From Bacillota bacterium (GTDB lineage: Bacteria > Bacillota > Clostridia > Acetivibrionales > JAFADI01): a DNA stretch of 41,577 bases. The DNA is taken from positions 1-41,577 of the forward strand of contig JAFADI010000267.1 in NCBI GenBank assembly GCA_023424965.1, in the 5' to 3' direction. The translations under genes and the position numbers were made by a program. Below the pieces are notes generated by a model. It saw nothing but the letters and a program-made list of their open reading frames with translations. It was not told the DNA's origin and made no database searches. Below are positions 7,853-17,712 of the stretch, piece after piece (within the stretch, counting starts at the first letter, position 1; each line of letters starts with the position of its first letter).

Positions 7853-8884
7853 CTAGACAAACAGAGCACCCCCAAACACGCCCAATATCCATACTGCAGC
7901 AAATACCAGACCGGCAAAGGCCAGCTGCTTTAAGAAGCTGGTGGGCGTATCTCCCACCACCTTGCCGGTTTGTCCGTTGATAATGAATATATGCGATTTT
8001 TCCTTGTACTTGTTGACCAATAAATAAATGGGCAGCAGTGAATAGCTCTCTTCGGTATCCCACAGGTCTGTATGCTTTGACATGACAGTATAGGAGGAAT
8101 AGCCCGTCACCGTTCCCCTCAGCCTGTCCTCCGCATATTTTGCGACTCTTTCCCTCATCACCGATGCCGCTTCATTACCTTCCACATCATATTTTTCCGC
8201 CATGAAGCCGGACAGGTACTGCATGGAAAAATCCGTAAGGTCATTGTAGTTATAGGGCTCAATCATGTGCATGAAGGTATCGTCCAGCTTTTTGGAGGCA
8301 TCCACGGGTACCTGCTGATAGTTTACCATGCCCCTGCGTGCGACCCTGTAATATTTTGTCTGGGTATACCTGTATTGTCCCTGTGTCCAGTGGCTGACCC
8401 TGGTGGCTTCCCCGTCGATAGCGCCGTCAACTCTACAGTCAAATAACCAGAAGGGTGCGTAGATACCTGTTATCTTTTCAATTTCTTCCCTGGTTTTGAA
8501 CTCGCCGGGAGCAAACAAGCGCCTTTTTATCCATTTTCGATAAATGTCCTCCGCCTGGAGCTTTGTCAGGCGGAAGGGAATCAGCTTTTTGGGCTTAAAC
8601 CTTCCGGAAAACCTTGTTTTGATGATGGTAGGGTTTTTGCAATACAAACAGGTGGTGGCGGAAACCGTATCGTCGGTAATCAATTCCGCCCCGCAGCTGG
8701 TGCACCGGTAGGAATCCAATTCCGGCATATCCTGTTCCGGCGGTTCCTCTTCCCGGTAAACGGCGTCAAGATCCGCTTTCGTAAATTCACTGAAGCAATA
8801 GTGGCATTTCCACTTCTGGGAAGGCGGGTCGAATTCCAGACCGGCTTTGCAGTTCAGACATTTATATTCCTTTACCGAACTCAT
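7853..8884 (-). CDS. Double zinc-ribbon protein with central domain of unknown function and C-terminal TM anchor
   Basis: CLNCKAG...CHYCFSEF and CTSCGAE...CLYCKNP zinc ribbons; C-terminal FLKQLAFAGLVFAAVWILGVFGGALFV. RBS AGGAGA 6 nt before the ATG. Confidence 0.7.
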   Translation of the reverse strand: MSSVKEYKCLNCKAGLEFDPPSQKWKCHYCFSEFTKADLDAVYREEEPPEQDMPELDSYRCTSCGAELITDDTVSATTCLYCKNPTIIKTRFSGRFKPKKLIPFRLTKLQAEDIYRKWIKRRLFAPGEFKTREEIEKITGIYAPFWLFDCRVDGAIDGEATRVSHWTQGQYRYTQTKYYRVARRGMVNYQQVPVDASKKLDDTFMHMIEPYNYNDLTDFSMQYLSGFMAEKYDVEGNEAASVMRERVAKYAEDRLRGTVTGYSSYTVMSKHTDLWDTEESYSLLPIYLLVNKYKEKSHIFIINGQTGKVVGDTPTSFLKQLAFAGLVFAAVWILGVFGGALFV

Positions 8885-8919
8885 TCACATTCTCCTTTTT
8901 CCCTTGTTCCGAAATAGAG

Positions 8920-10278
8920 TCAGCCAGGCCTCTTGCTTCCGCAGTTGGAGCAGAAAAGGCCTTCCGTCTCGTTGCCGCAGGTGCAGACCCATTTTTTCCT
9001 GTCGGGCCGCCGTTTGCCGCAGTCAGGACAAAAGGAGCCACCGGACGTCTTTCTTCCGCAGGAACATTCCCACGGGTCTCCCGAAGGTTCCGGTTCCCTC
9101 ACGGGCTTTTTGCTGCCGCAGCTTGAACAGAAGGCGGCATTTTCAGGCATTTTGTTCCCGCAGGAACAGGTCCAGCCTCCCTGCGCAGCGGGAGGGTTGG
9201 AAGGCTGCTGCTGTGGCTGCTGGCCCGGCATTGCTCCTGCAACTCCGGCGGCGTTCATCCCCATGGCCATCCCTGCAAAGCCCATCATCGCCCCGCCCGG
9301 ATTTGAGCCTGCGGCTTCGAGGCCTGACGCCAGGCCCGCGGTCATACGGGCGGCCCTTGCATTGGGGTCCAGCAGGATGGAGTCGTTGGCATATTTCTCA
9401 AGCAGCTTGTCGGTGTTTTCATCAAAGGAGATCCCGGCAATTCCCACACTGTGGATAAAAAAGCCCCTCTTTGAAAGCCACTCCTTGTCAAGGACTTCTG
9501 CCATAAACTGCCCCAGTTCCATGGTCCTCATGGGGATGTCGGAGACCAGGACATTGCTGGCGGACAGGCTGGCCAGCGCAGTGGTATAAGCCATCAGGAA
9601 TTCATTAATATATTGTTCCGCCATGTCACCGGTGCTGAGGTTGGCTTTGCCGGTTTTGCTGCAGACTTCATTGTAGAATAACAACGGATCGGCTACTTTT
9701 ATTGAATAAGTGCCGAAGGAGGTTATTTTGCAGGGTACCACCCTTCCCGGAACCAGGACCCTGTCGGTATAAGGCACGGGATTTTTTGTTCCGAAGCGTA
9801 TATTGGGAAGCTCCTGCTTGTTGATGTACACTACTTTCTGTTTAACGGGTGTCGTACCACCGAACTTGAAGCGCTCCCAGGAATCCTTCAGGGTGTTCGC
9901 CAGGCCTCCCGGCCGGTATATTCCGTTTCTTCCGGTGTTATCATACTCCTGGACATAGCTTCCCTCCGGTGACTGAAAAAAGATGGAAGGCGACCGGGAA
10001 TTGTCAACCTGGTAATAGCCCGGCTCATCGGTGGCGGAGATAATCCTGCCTCCGTCTACCAGCAGCATGAAGACATTCTCGGGAACATGGATGATTGAAC
10101 CGTTGGAAATGACATCCTCCGTTCCTCTTCTATTTGAGCTCCGGGAATCTTTTTTCCTGACACAGACTCCGTAAGACGCGATGATGGTGTTGTCAATTTG
10201 TGCAGGCTCGATGGTTTCAAGCCATTGGTCCGCAAGTGTTCCTCCGATTGCTCCAACTGCCGCTTTAAAAATACCCAT
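8920..10278 (-). CDS. SPFH/Band-7-like (Band_7_1-type) protein with Gly/Ala/Gln-rich linker and three C-terminal C4 zinc ribbons
   Basis: N-terminus MGIFKAAVGAIGGTLADQWLE... typical of the SPFH-like 'virion core protein' family; tail CSCGNK..CSSCG, CSCGRK..CPDCG, CTCGNE..CSNCG. RBS AGGAAAGGAAGAGGGG upstream. Confidence 0.8.
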   Translation of the reverse strand: MGIFKAAVGAIGGTLADQWLETIEPAQIDNTIIASYGVCVRKKDSRSSNRRGTEDVISNGSIIHVPENVFMLLVDGGRIISATDEPGYYQVDNSRSPSIFFQSPEGSYVQEYDNTGRNGIYRPGGLANTLKDSWERFKFGGTTPVKQKVVYINKQELPNIRFGTKNPVPYTDRVLVPGRVVPCKITSFGTYSIKVADPLLFYNEVCSKTGKANLSTGDMAEQYINEFLMAYTTALASLSASNVLVSDIPMRTMELGQFMAEVLDKEWLSKRGFFIHSVGIAGISFDENTDKLLEKYANDSILLDPNARAARMTAGLASGLEAAGSNPGGAMMGFAGMAMGMNAAGVAGAMPGQQPQQQPSNPPAAQGGWTCSCGNKMPENAAFCSSCGSKKPVREPEPSGDPWECSCGRKTSGGSFCPDCGKRRPDRKKWVCTCGNETEGLFCSNCGSKRPG

Positions 10279-10535
10279 TTTCCCCTCTTCCTTTCCTGAA
10301 CGGTGTAATTTCTTCCTATTCTTATGTGTCTTGCATCAATAACTACTATAGATTATTCCTGTATACTACAAATTATATATGAACATGCGGAGGTTGTAAA
10401 AATGTTTTTGCAGGCTTTTGCCCGCGCTCCTGTCAAGAGTAGGGACAGATGCGAGCTTCCAATGTTTGTATTGAACATTTTTTTATTTACCGTTACTATG
10501 GTAAGTATACAGAGACCGGCAAAGGAGAAGAAGCC

Positions 10536-11024
10536 ATGAATGCACAGGAGAAAGTTTTTGAAAGGCTGAAGGCATTGGACATCAAATACGAGGTCACAAA
10601 CCATCCGGCCGTTTTTACCATTGAAGAGATGGACAACCTGAATATAACACTTCAGGGGGATGTGTGCAAAAACCTGTTTTTGAGGGACGAGAAAGGGAAG
10701 CGGCACTTCCTCGTGGTTCTGGGAAAAGACAAAAAAGCCGATTTGAAAAGCCTCCAGAGCCAGCTGGGCTGCAGCAGATTGGGCTTTGCATCGGAAGAAA
10801 GGCTTTCCAGATACCTGCAGCTTAAAAAAGGGGAAGTGACTCCCATGGGTATCATCAACGACACCGATGCCCTGGTGGAGGTGGTGCTGGACAGGGATCT
10901 GACAGGAAAAAACAGGCTTGGAGTCCATCCCAATGACAATACCGCCACCGTATGGATTGCTTTTGAGGCGTTGAAAAAAGTCATCGAAGGAAACGGCAAC
11001 AAAATCCACTTCGTTGCAATCTGA
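10536..11024 (+). CDS. YbaK/ProX-like aminoacyl-tRNA deacylase domain protein
   Basis: ~160-aa protein with YbaK-like pattern (KNLFLRDEKGKRHFLVV..., GIINDTDA..VVLD...HPNDNTAT). RBS AAGGAGAAG 5 nt before ATG 10536. Confidence 0.7.
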   Translation: MNAQEKVFERLKALDIKYEVTNHPAVFTIEEMDNLNITLQGDVCKNLFLRDEKGKRHFLVVLGKDKKADLKSLQSQLGCSRLGFASEERLSRYLQLKKGEVTPMGIINDTDALVEVVLDRDLTGKNRLGVHPNDNTATVWIAFEALKKVIEGNGNKIHFVAI

Positions 11025-11153
11025 CCCGGATATCATGAACCCAGGACCTGTCACCGAGCAGCATTTAAAGACAGGAGACAGAAGCAAACAAAAGAAAATA
11101 ACAACATATATTCCGTCCCGTGCGAATAGTCTTATAGTAAATGAGGTGTTTGC

Positions 11154-11969
11154 ATGGGATTTTATATTAATGTGGAACCGAATGTAAAGATATACGTGGA
11201 GGACCTTAACCCGGCCGGAAGCAAGACCATCCTGTTTATCCACGGCTGGCCCGCAAGCCACAATTTGTTTGAATACCAGTTTGACCAGCTGCCGAAGATG
11301 GGATATAGATGCGTAGGAATCGATTGTAGAGGATTCGGATTTTCAGATAAACCCTGGAGCGGATACGACTATAACCGGCTGGCAGACGATATCCGGTGTG
11401 TGGTTGATGCGCTCCGGCTGAGGAATTTCACCCTGGGAGGACATTCAACGGGGGGAGCCATTGCCATCCGCTACATGGCCAGGCATAATGGGTACGGGGT
11501 ATCGAAACTGGCGCTCTTTGCCGCTGCTGCCCCCAGCCTGATCCAGCGCCCGTATTTTCCTTACGGTTTGACCAAGCAAGCCGTCCTTGACATCATTCAG
11601 GGCACCTATACCGACCGGCCCAACATGCTGCGGGGGTTCGGAAATATGATTTTCTTCAACCCAGTCAGCGCCCCCTTCGCCGATTGGCTCTTCCATCTGG
11701 GGTTGCAGGCATCGGGCTGGTCTACCGCGGCCATTGCAAACTCCTGGATTAACGAGGAAGGCTTGTTTTATGATGTGAAAACGATACAGGTACCAACCCT
11801 CATCCTCCATGGGCTGGACGACAAAGTCTGCCTGTTCCCGCTGGCCATCGCACAGAGGGACAGCATCAGGAACTCCAGGCTTGTGCCCTTTGAAAAGTGC
11901 GGCCATTTTCTTTTCTATGACCAGCGTGAAAAATTCAACCTGGAGCTGGTGAGATTTCTGGAAAGCTAG
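11154..11969 (+). CDS. Alpha/beta-fold hydrolase (haloperoxidase/esterase-like)
   Basis: ILFIHGWPASHNLFEYQ..., nucleophile elbow GGHSTGG, C-terminal HG..D..CLFP... with His. Confidence 0.85.
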   Translation: MGFYINVEPNVKIYVEDLNPAGSKTILFIHGWPASHNLFEYQFDQLPKMGYRCVGIDCRGFGFSDKPWSGYDYNRLADDIRCVVDALRLRNFTLGGHSTGGAIAIRYMARHNGYGVSKLALFAAAAPSLIQRPYFPYGLTKQAVLDIIQGTYTDRPNMLRGFGNMIFFNPVSAPFADWLFHLGLQASGWSTAAIANSWINEEGLFYDVKTIQVPTLILHGLDDKVCLFPLAIAQRDSIRNSRLVPFEKCGHFLFYDQREKFNLELVRFLES

Positions 11970-11993
11970 AGCTTTGAAAAAGATGCAAGTGAC

Positions 11994-12050
11994 GAAGGGA
12001 CGGCTGGCGGTTTTGGATGGATGCCAAAACAATCAGCGGTCCCTTTTTTG
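11994..12050 (+). terminator. Branched terminator hairpin (AAGGGACGGCTG...CAGCGGTCCCTT + TTTTTT) after the hydrolase gene
   Basis: 12-bp outer stem with 1 mismatch, inner sub-hairpin GTTTTGG/CCAAAAC, T-run. Confidence 0.45.
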
Positions 12051-12103
12051 ATAAATATGATAAAATAAATTTACCACCAAACAATTAGATTATGGAGGAC
12101 GGC

Positions 12104-12934
12104 ATGAACAGCAATAATCTTTTTTTTCACATCCACTACTGCAATTACAGGCAATTTGGCGGGGCGGAAAGAGCCCTGCGGAAAATCACCCGGACGCTGC
12201 CGCACCATGAACTCCTCTTTATTAAAGGCGGGAAGGGCAGCATTACCATCGGAAAAAAGAGATATCAACTCAAAGGCTGCATGCTGTTCTACATTTGCCC
12301 CGATGTCCACCACTCCTTCGAGATAGACGCCGACGAGCCCGGATATTTTTTATCGGTACATTTCAGCTATGTACGCGTGAGCTTCAACGACAGCAAATGG
12401 GACATCAAAAACGAAGGAGACGGTCTCTCTCTGAGCCCCGGACAGGAATTGAAGGATTATTACCACATTGAGGACGCCTTCAGAAAATTGGCCGAAAGCT
12501 GGGAGACCAAGCTTCCGGGATACGAGTTTGCCACCAGGACGTTGCTTCAGCAATTATTGATTACGGTTTTCCAGCATACAAGAAAGCAAAATCAGAATTA
12601 CGCCATTTCTTTGAAGGTGGAAAAGGTCATTGAATACATGCATCAGCATGCGAGTCATAGGGTGAACCTGGCGGAATTGTCGGAGCTGGTGCATCTGGCG
12701 CCTACGTATCTGTCAAGGTCTTTTAAAGAGACGACGGGCTATTCTGTCATAGAATTTTTTAACCGGATAAAAATTGATAAAGCCAAAGAGCTTATGATCG
12801 AAGGGGACAAAAAGGTGAAGGAAGTGGCGCAAGCTCTGGGATTTACCGATGAATTCTATTTCAGCAGGATATTTAAACGGATTGAAGGCATGAGCCCCTC
12901 GGAATATTGTAGCAAAAATGTCCATGGAGTTTAA
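12104..12934 (+). CDS. AraC-family transcriptional regulator (cupin-like N-domain + AraC HTH)
   Basis: C-terminal ...SELVHLAPTYLSRSFKETTGYSVIEFFNRIKIDKAKELM...EVAQALGFTDEFYFSRIFKR is a classic AraC HTH. RBS GGAGGA precedes ATG 12104 (track start 12092 is an alternative). Confidence 0.85.
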   Translation: MNSNNLFFHIHYCNYRQFGGAERALRKITRTLPHHELLFIKGGKGSITIGKKRYQLKGCMLFYICPDVHHSFEIDADEPGYFLSVHFSYVRVSFNDSKWDIKNEGDGLSLSPGQELKDYYHIEDAFRKLAESWETKLPGYEFATRTLLQQLLITVFQHTRKQNQNYAISLKVEKVIEYMHQHASHRVNLAELSELVHLAPTYLSRSFKETTGYSVIEFFNRIKIDKAKELMIEGDKKVKEVAQALGFTDEFYFSRIFKRIEGMSPSEYCSKNVHGV

Positions 12935-13037
12935 TATAATGCATGGTATAAAGTCGGTCTGCAGGCTAAAATAAAAATATTCTCCTGTTGTTTTTGTACA
13001 ACAAATTTATCTGCAGTAGAAGGAAGGCATCGATATC

Positions 13038-14276
13038 ATGCAGGTTTGGAAAAGAAACTTATTTGTTTGCTGGTTCGGGATGTTTGTCACGGGCGTGGGT
13101 ATGAGCCAGATCGCACCGGTACTGCCTCTTTATATAAAGCAGCTTGGGATTGACGATACCGCTTCCATTGCACAGTTTTCAGGAATCGCTTTTGGCGTCA
13201 CTTTTATCATTTCGGCTATTTTTTCGCCTATCTGGGGCCATGCCGCCGATAAATTCGGGAGAAAGCCCATGCTTTTGCGGGCAAGCTTTGGCATGGCGGC
13301 CGTTATCTTCAGCATGGGTTTTGTGCAAAACGTATATCAACTGATTGGATTAAGAATATTGCTGGGTGTCATCACCGGCTACAGCACGGCCTGTACCACG
13401 CTGGTGGCAACCCAGACGGACAGGGAACACGCGGGTTTTGCCCTGGGGACCCTTTCAACGGCAAGCATCGCAGGGGCTTTGCTGGGACCGCTGATTGGAG
13501 GCTACATCGAAGAAAATCTCAGCCTGAAAGACGTGTTTTTCGTAACGGGCGCGCTGATGCTGGTTGCATTTGTTACCACCCTTTTCTTTGTAAAGGAATC
13601 CTTTACCCGGGAAGACAAAAAGGTGATCAGCGCCAGGGAACTGTGGAAGGCCATTCCTGAAAAAAGCCTGACGGTCACCATGTTTGTGACCTCTTTTGCA
13701 TTAGCTCTGGCCCTGTATTCCATCGAGCCCATCATCACGTTGTATGTCAGCCAGCTGTCCACCAGCACCAGTTATATCGCTTTGATAGCGGGAATGGCGT
13801 TCTCAGCGTCGGGGCTGGCAAACATCATCGCCGCTCCGGGTCTGGGAAAGCTTTCCGACAAGGTCGGAGCGCAGAAAGTCATGCTGGTAGCCCTCATCGC
13901 GGCGGGCCTGATTTTCATCCCACAGGCCTTTGTGAAAAATCCCTGGCAGTTGATGGCGCTGCGCTTTTTGCTGGGCTTGACGGTAGCGGGCTTGAATCCT
14001 TCCGTCAATGTCCTGGTGAAGAGAATCACGCCGGATGCCCTTACCGGCAGGATTTTCGGGTTTAATATCGCCGCACAGTATTTGGGAATATTCGGAGGTT
14101 CGATCTTGGGCGGGCAGGTGACGGCCTGGTTCGGCATCCGGTATGTATTTTTTATTACAAGCGTGCTGATGCTGCTGAATGCGGTGTGGGTTTATCTCAG
14201 GGTATACAAAAAGCTTACCGTAAAGGAAGATGAACAGGAGGAGAGGGAATGGGAGATTCAAAGGCAGCGGGGATAG
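13038..14276 (+). CDS. MFS transporter (12-TM, drug-efflux-like)
   Basis: MFS motifs [19 protein letters not shown]...; 412 aa with ~12 hydrophobic segments. Confidence 0.85.
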   Translation: MQVWKRNLFVCWFGMFVTGVGMSQIAPVLPLYIKQLGIDDTASIAQFSGIAFGVTFIISAIFSPIWGHAADKFGRKPMLLRASFGMAAVIFSMGFVQNVYQLIGLRILLGVITGYSTACTTLVATQTDREHAGFALGTLSTASIAGALLGPLIGGYIEENLSLKDVFFVTGALMLVAFVTTLFFVKESFTREDKKVISARELWKAIPEKSLTVTMFVTSFALALALYSIEPIITLYVSQLSTSTSYIALIAGMAFSASGLANIIAAPGLGKLSDKVGAQKVMLVALIAAGLIFIPQAFVKNPWQLMALRFLLGLTVAGLNPSVNVLVKRITPDALTGRIFGFNIAAQYLGIFGGSILGGQVTAWFGIRYVFFITSVLMLLNAVWVYLRVYKKLTVKEDEQEEREWEIQRQRG

Positions 14277-14839
14277 AACGGATAAAAACGGAGAAAACGG
14301 CGCTGGTGGTCATCGACCTGCAGAAGGGAATTGTACACGGTGAGCGTGCTCCCCATACAGGTGCGCAGGTGGTTCGAAACGCAAGCAGGCTGGCGAAAGC
14401 ATTTAGTGACAGGGGAGCTTTTGTGGTCCTTGTCAGGGTATCATCGGCCGATGGAAAGGACATGCTAAAACCGGAGACGGATTTAAAAAGCAGCCCGGTA
14501 CACAGGCCCGAAGGCTGGGACAGCCTTGTGCCCGAGCTGGCGGAGATTAAAAATGCCCATGTCATTACCAAGAGGCAGTGGGGGGCGTTCTACGGCACCG
14601 ACTTGGATTTGCAGCTGCGCCGCCGGGGAATCGATACCATTGTACTGTGCGGCATTTCCACGTCCATCGGTGTGGACACTACGGCCAGAGAGGCCTACCA
14701 GCACGGGTACAACCAGATTTTTGCGGAAGATGCCATGACAGCTTTCTCAAAAGAAGAGCATGAGTATGTGTGCAAATACCTCTTCCCCAGGATCGGCAAA
14801 ATCCGGACAAGCGAAGAGGTGGTTTCGGCGCTGGAATAA
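14249..14839 (+). CDS. Isochorismatase-family cysteine hydrolase
   Basis: [10 protein letters not shown]...; [23 protein letters not shown] (catalytic Cys region). Overlaps the MFS gene by 28 nt. Confidence 0.85.
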   Translation: MGDSKAAGIERIKTEKTALVVIDLQKGIVHGERAPHTGAQVVRNASRLAKAFSDRGAFVVLVRVSSADGKDMLKPETDLKSSPVHRPEGWDSLVPELAEIKNAHVITKRQWGAFYGTDLDLQLRRRGIDTIVLCGISTSIGVDTTAREAYQHGYNQIFAEDAMTAFSKEEHEYVCKYLFPRIGKIRTSEEVVSALE

Positions 14840-14842
14840 AAG
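14795..14842 (+). repeat. Left copy of a 48-bp imperfect direct repeat (GGCAAAATCCGGACAAGCGAAGAGGTGGTTTCGGCGCTGGAATAAAAG), the native 3' end of the isochorismatase gene; right copy at 18547-18597
   Basis: Direct comparison of the two copies: ~85% identity over ~50 nt. The right copy is out of coding context. Confidence 0.6.
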
Positions 14843-14850
14843 ATGAAGCC

Positions 14851-14869
14851 AATATAACTTCACATTATA
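14851..14869 (-). repeat. Partial, inverted copy of the module-boundary repeat family (minus strand reads TATAATGTGAAGTTATATT, i.e. left end fused to right end)
   Basis: Identical 14-mer TATAATGTGAAGTT to copy A at 24268-24281. Confidence 0.4.
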
Positions 14870-15031
14870 CCTCCCATGACTAATATGCATTTTATTTATA
14901 GGCGGGATTCAGATATAATTGGAAATGAAAGAACACTCAATATTAATTATCCTGGCATAGCAGTTGATCCCTTTCAATAATTTAATAATTCGAGGACAGA
15001 AAAAAGCAGTGAACTGTTTTCAGACTTGAGT

Positions 15032-15049
15032 GTGTTAATTATTTATCAA
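15032..15049. promoter_or_regulatory. Candidate Rex (redox-sensing repressor) operator GTGTTAA-TTAT-TTATCAA upstream of adhE
   Basis: Matches the TTGTTAA-N4-TTAACAA-type Rex box in 6/7 + 6/7 half-site positions, 33 nt upstream of the adhE start. adhE is a known Rex target in many Firmicutes. Confidence 0.35.
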
Positions 15050-15081
15050 TCTCGGTAAAAATAAAATGTATGGAGGGTATT

Positions 15082-17700
15082 ATGAATAAGGATGCAAAAA
15101 CATTAAAAGTAGATACGGTTGAAAACGTAGAGCAGTTGATCGATCGCATGAAGGAAATCAGAAACGCGCAAGAAATATTTGCCACCTTTCCCCAGGAAAA
15201 AGTTGACGAGATATTCAAAATGGCGGCTCTTGCAGCAAACAAACAGAGAATCCCTCTCGCTAAAATGACAGTGGAGGAAACTGGCATGGGCGTGGTGGAA
15301 GACAAGGTCATTAAAAACCACTATGCTTCCGAATATATTTACAATGCCTATAAAGATACCAAAACTTGTGGTATAATTGAAGAGGACGCAGCCTTCGGAG
15401 TTAAAAAAATTGCTGAGCCCATTGGTGTCATCGCAGCAGTTATCCCAACAACAAATCCAACTTCCACAGCAATCTTCAAAGCATTGCTGGCACTCAAAAC
15501 AAGAAACGGCATTATCTTCAGCCCCCATCCAAGAGCGAAAAACTGCACCATCGCAGCGGCAAAGATTGTACTGGAAGCAGCGGTCAAGGCCGGTGCCCCG
15601 GAAGGAATCATCGGTTGGATCGATGTTCCGTCGCTGGAGCTTACAAACCAGGTGATGAAGAATGCGGATATCATTCTCGCAACGGGAGGTCCGGGAATGG
15701 TCAAGTCGGCATATTCATCCGGCAAGCCCGCGATTGGCGTGGGAGCCGGCAACGTACCTGCCATTATCGACAAATCTGCCAATGTCCAGATGGCGGTGAG
15801 TTCCATTATCCTCTCCAAAACCTTTGACAACGGTATGATTTGTGCTTCCGAGCAATCGGTCATCGTTGATGCAAGCATATACGACAAGGTTAAAAAGGAA
15901 TTTGAATACCGGGGCTGCTACTTATTGAAGGGGGACGAAACCGAAAAGGTCAGAAAAACCATCATCATTAACGGTGCACTGAACGCCAAAATCGTTGGAC
16001 AGACAGCGCACAAAATCGCAGGCATTGCGGGGGTGAATGTACCGGAGGATACGAAAATCCTGATCGGTGAGGTTGAAAGTGTAGAGCTTTCCGAAGAATT
16101 CGCCCATGAAAAATTATCTCCTGTTTTGGCTATGTACAAATACAAAACCTTTGACGAGGCCATTGAAAAAGCCGACAGGCTTGTAAAAGACGGTGGGTAC
16201 GGTCATACGGCATCAATCTATATAAACACCGTTCTGGAAAAAGAAAAGCTTGACCGGTTCAACAATGCCATGAAGGCCTGCCGCATCGTTGTAAATACAC
16301 CTTCGTCACATGGCGGCATCGGCGATCTGTATAACTTCAAGCTTGCGCCGTCGCTGACTCTCGGCTGCGGTTCATGGGGCGGCAACTCCGTTTCTGAAAA
16401 CGTCGGTGTAAAGCACCTCATCAATATCAAAACAGTGGCTGAAAGGAGAGAAAATATGCTTTGGTTCAGAACTCCCGAGAAGGTTTATTTCAAGAAGGGG
16501 TGCCTGGGTGTCGCGCTTAAGGAGCTGAAGGACGAGTACAACAAGAAAAAGGTATTTATCGTAACAGACGAATTTTTATATAAGAACGGCTATACAAAAC
16601 CGGTTACCGAAGCACTCGACAGTATGGGGATAAACCATTTTACCTTCTACAACGTAGCTCCCGACCCGACCCTTGCCAGTGCAAAAGAAGGAGCGGAGTC
16701 CATGAAAGCCTTCGAACCGGATTGCATTATCGCGTTGGGCGGCGGCTCTGCCATGGATGCGGGCAAAATTATGTGGACCCTTTATGAACACCCGGAGGTT
16801 GACTTCCTTGACCTGGCCATGCGCTTTATGGATATCAGAAAGAGAGTTTACTCTTTCCCCAAAATGGGTGTGAAGGCAAACTTTATTGCGATCCCTACAT
16901 CCGCAGGCACCGGCTCGGAGGTTACACCCTTTGCAGTCATCACCGATGAAAAGACGGGCATCAAATATCCCCTGGCAGATTATGCGCTCTTGCCAAACAT
17001 GGCCATTGTGGATGCCGACCTGATGATGAACATGCCCAAGGGACTTACGTCGGCATCGGGCATCGATGCCATGACCCATGCCCTTGAAGCTTATGCTTCC
17101 ATGCTTGCAACGGATTACACCGACGGCTATGCGCTGAAAGCCCTGAAGAACATCTTCAGGTATCTGCCCAGCGCTTATGAAAACGGCGCAAAGGACCCTG
17201 TTGCAAGAGAAAAGATGGCGGACGCCTCTACCATGGCGGGTATGGCCTTTGCCAATGCCTTCCTGGGAATATGCCACTCCATGGCGCACAAGCTGGGTGC
17301 TTTCCATCACTTGCCGCATGGTGTTGCAAACGCACTTTTGATCAATGAGGTTATGAAGTTTAATGCAACCGACAACCCGAAGAAAATGGGAGCCTTCTCA
17401 CAGTATCAATATCCCCACGCCATTGAACGCTACGCTGAAATTGCGGATTTCCTTGGGATTGAAGGGAAGACCGATATGGATAAATTCAATAAGCTGCTGG
17501 TTAAAATCGATGAACTGAAGGAGAAAGTTGGCATCAAGAAGACCATCAAGGAATATGGTATCAGTGAAGAGGCCTTCATGGCAACGCTGGAAGAAATGGT
17601 TGAACAGGCTTTTGACGATCAGTGCACCGGTGCAAACCCAAGATATCCGTTAATGTCAGAAATGAGGGAAATGTATCTGAAAGCCTACCACGGAAAATAA
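15082..17700 (+). CDS. adhE: Bifunctional acetaldehyde-CoA/alcohol dehydrogenase
   Basis: ~870 aa; N-terminal ALDH domain, C-terminal iron-ADH domain (GGGSAMDAGK..., ...HSMAHKLGAFHHLPHG). RBS GGAGGG precedes the start. Confidence 0.95.
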   Translation: MNKDAKTLKVDTVENVEQLIDRMKEIRNAQEIFATFPQEKVDEIFKMAALAANKQRIPLAKMTVEETGMGVVEDKVIKNHYASEYIYNAYKDTKTCGIIEEDAAFGVKKIAEPIGVIAAVIPTTNPTSTAIFKALLALKTRNGIIFSPHPRAKNCTIAAAKIVLEAAVKAGAPEGIIGWIDVPSLELTNQVMKNADIILATGGPGMVKSAYSSGKPAIGVGAGNVPAIIDKSANVQMAVSSIILSKTFDNGMICASEQSVIVDASIYDKVKKEFEYRGCYLLKGDETEKVRKTIIINGALNAKIVGQTAHKIAGIAGVNVPEDTKILIGEVESVELSEEFAHEKLSPVLAMYKYKTFDEAIEKADRLVKDGGYGHTASIYINTVLEKEKLDRFNNAMKACRIVVNTPSSHGGIGDLYNFKLAPSLTLGCGSWGGNSVSENVGVKHLINIKTVAERRENMLWFRTPEKVYFKKGCLGVALKELKDEYNKKKVFIVTDEFLYKNGYTKPVTEALDSMGINHFTFYNVAPDPTLASAKEGAESMKAFEPDCIIALGGGSAMDAGKIMWTLYEHPEVDFLDLAMRFMDIRKRVYSFPKMGVKANFIAIPTSAGTGSEVTPFAVITDEKTGIKYPLADYALLPNMAIVDADLMMNMPKGLTSASGIDAMTHALEAYASMLATDYTDGYALKALKNIFRYLPSAYENGAKDPVAREKMADASTMAGMAFANAFLGICHSMAHKLGAFHHLPHGVANALLINEVMKFNATDNPKKMGAFSQYQYPHAIERYAEIADFLGIEGKTDMDKFNKLLVKIDELKEKVGIKKTIKEYGISEEAFMATLEEMVEQAFDDQCTGANPRYPLMSEMREMYLKAYHGK

Positions 17701-17712
17701 GGGGGATGGAAA

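Noticed and set aside
8847-9589. Two + strand ORFs (203 and 218 aa) rich in Pro/Arg/Ser
   Set aside because: Antisense of the GC-rich Gly/Ala/Gln linker and zinc-ribbon tail of the SPFH gene at 8920-10278; typical shadow ORFs.
10353-11261. 302-aa minus-strand ORF
   Set aside because: Spans the YbaK gene and two intergenic regions in antisense; no family resemblance; no RBS.
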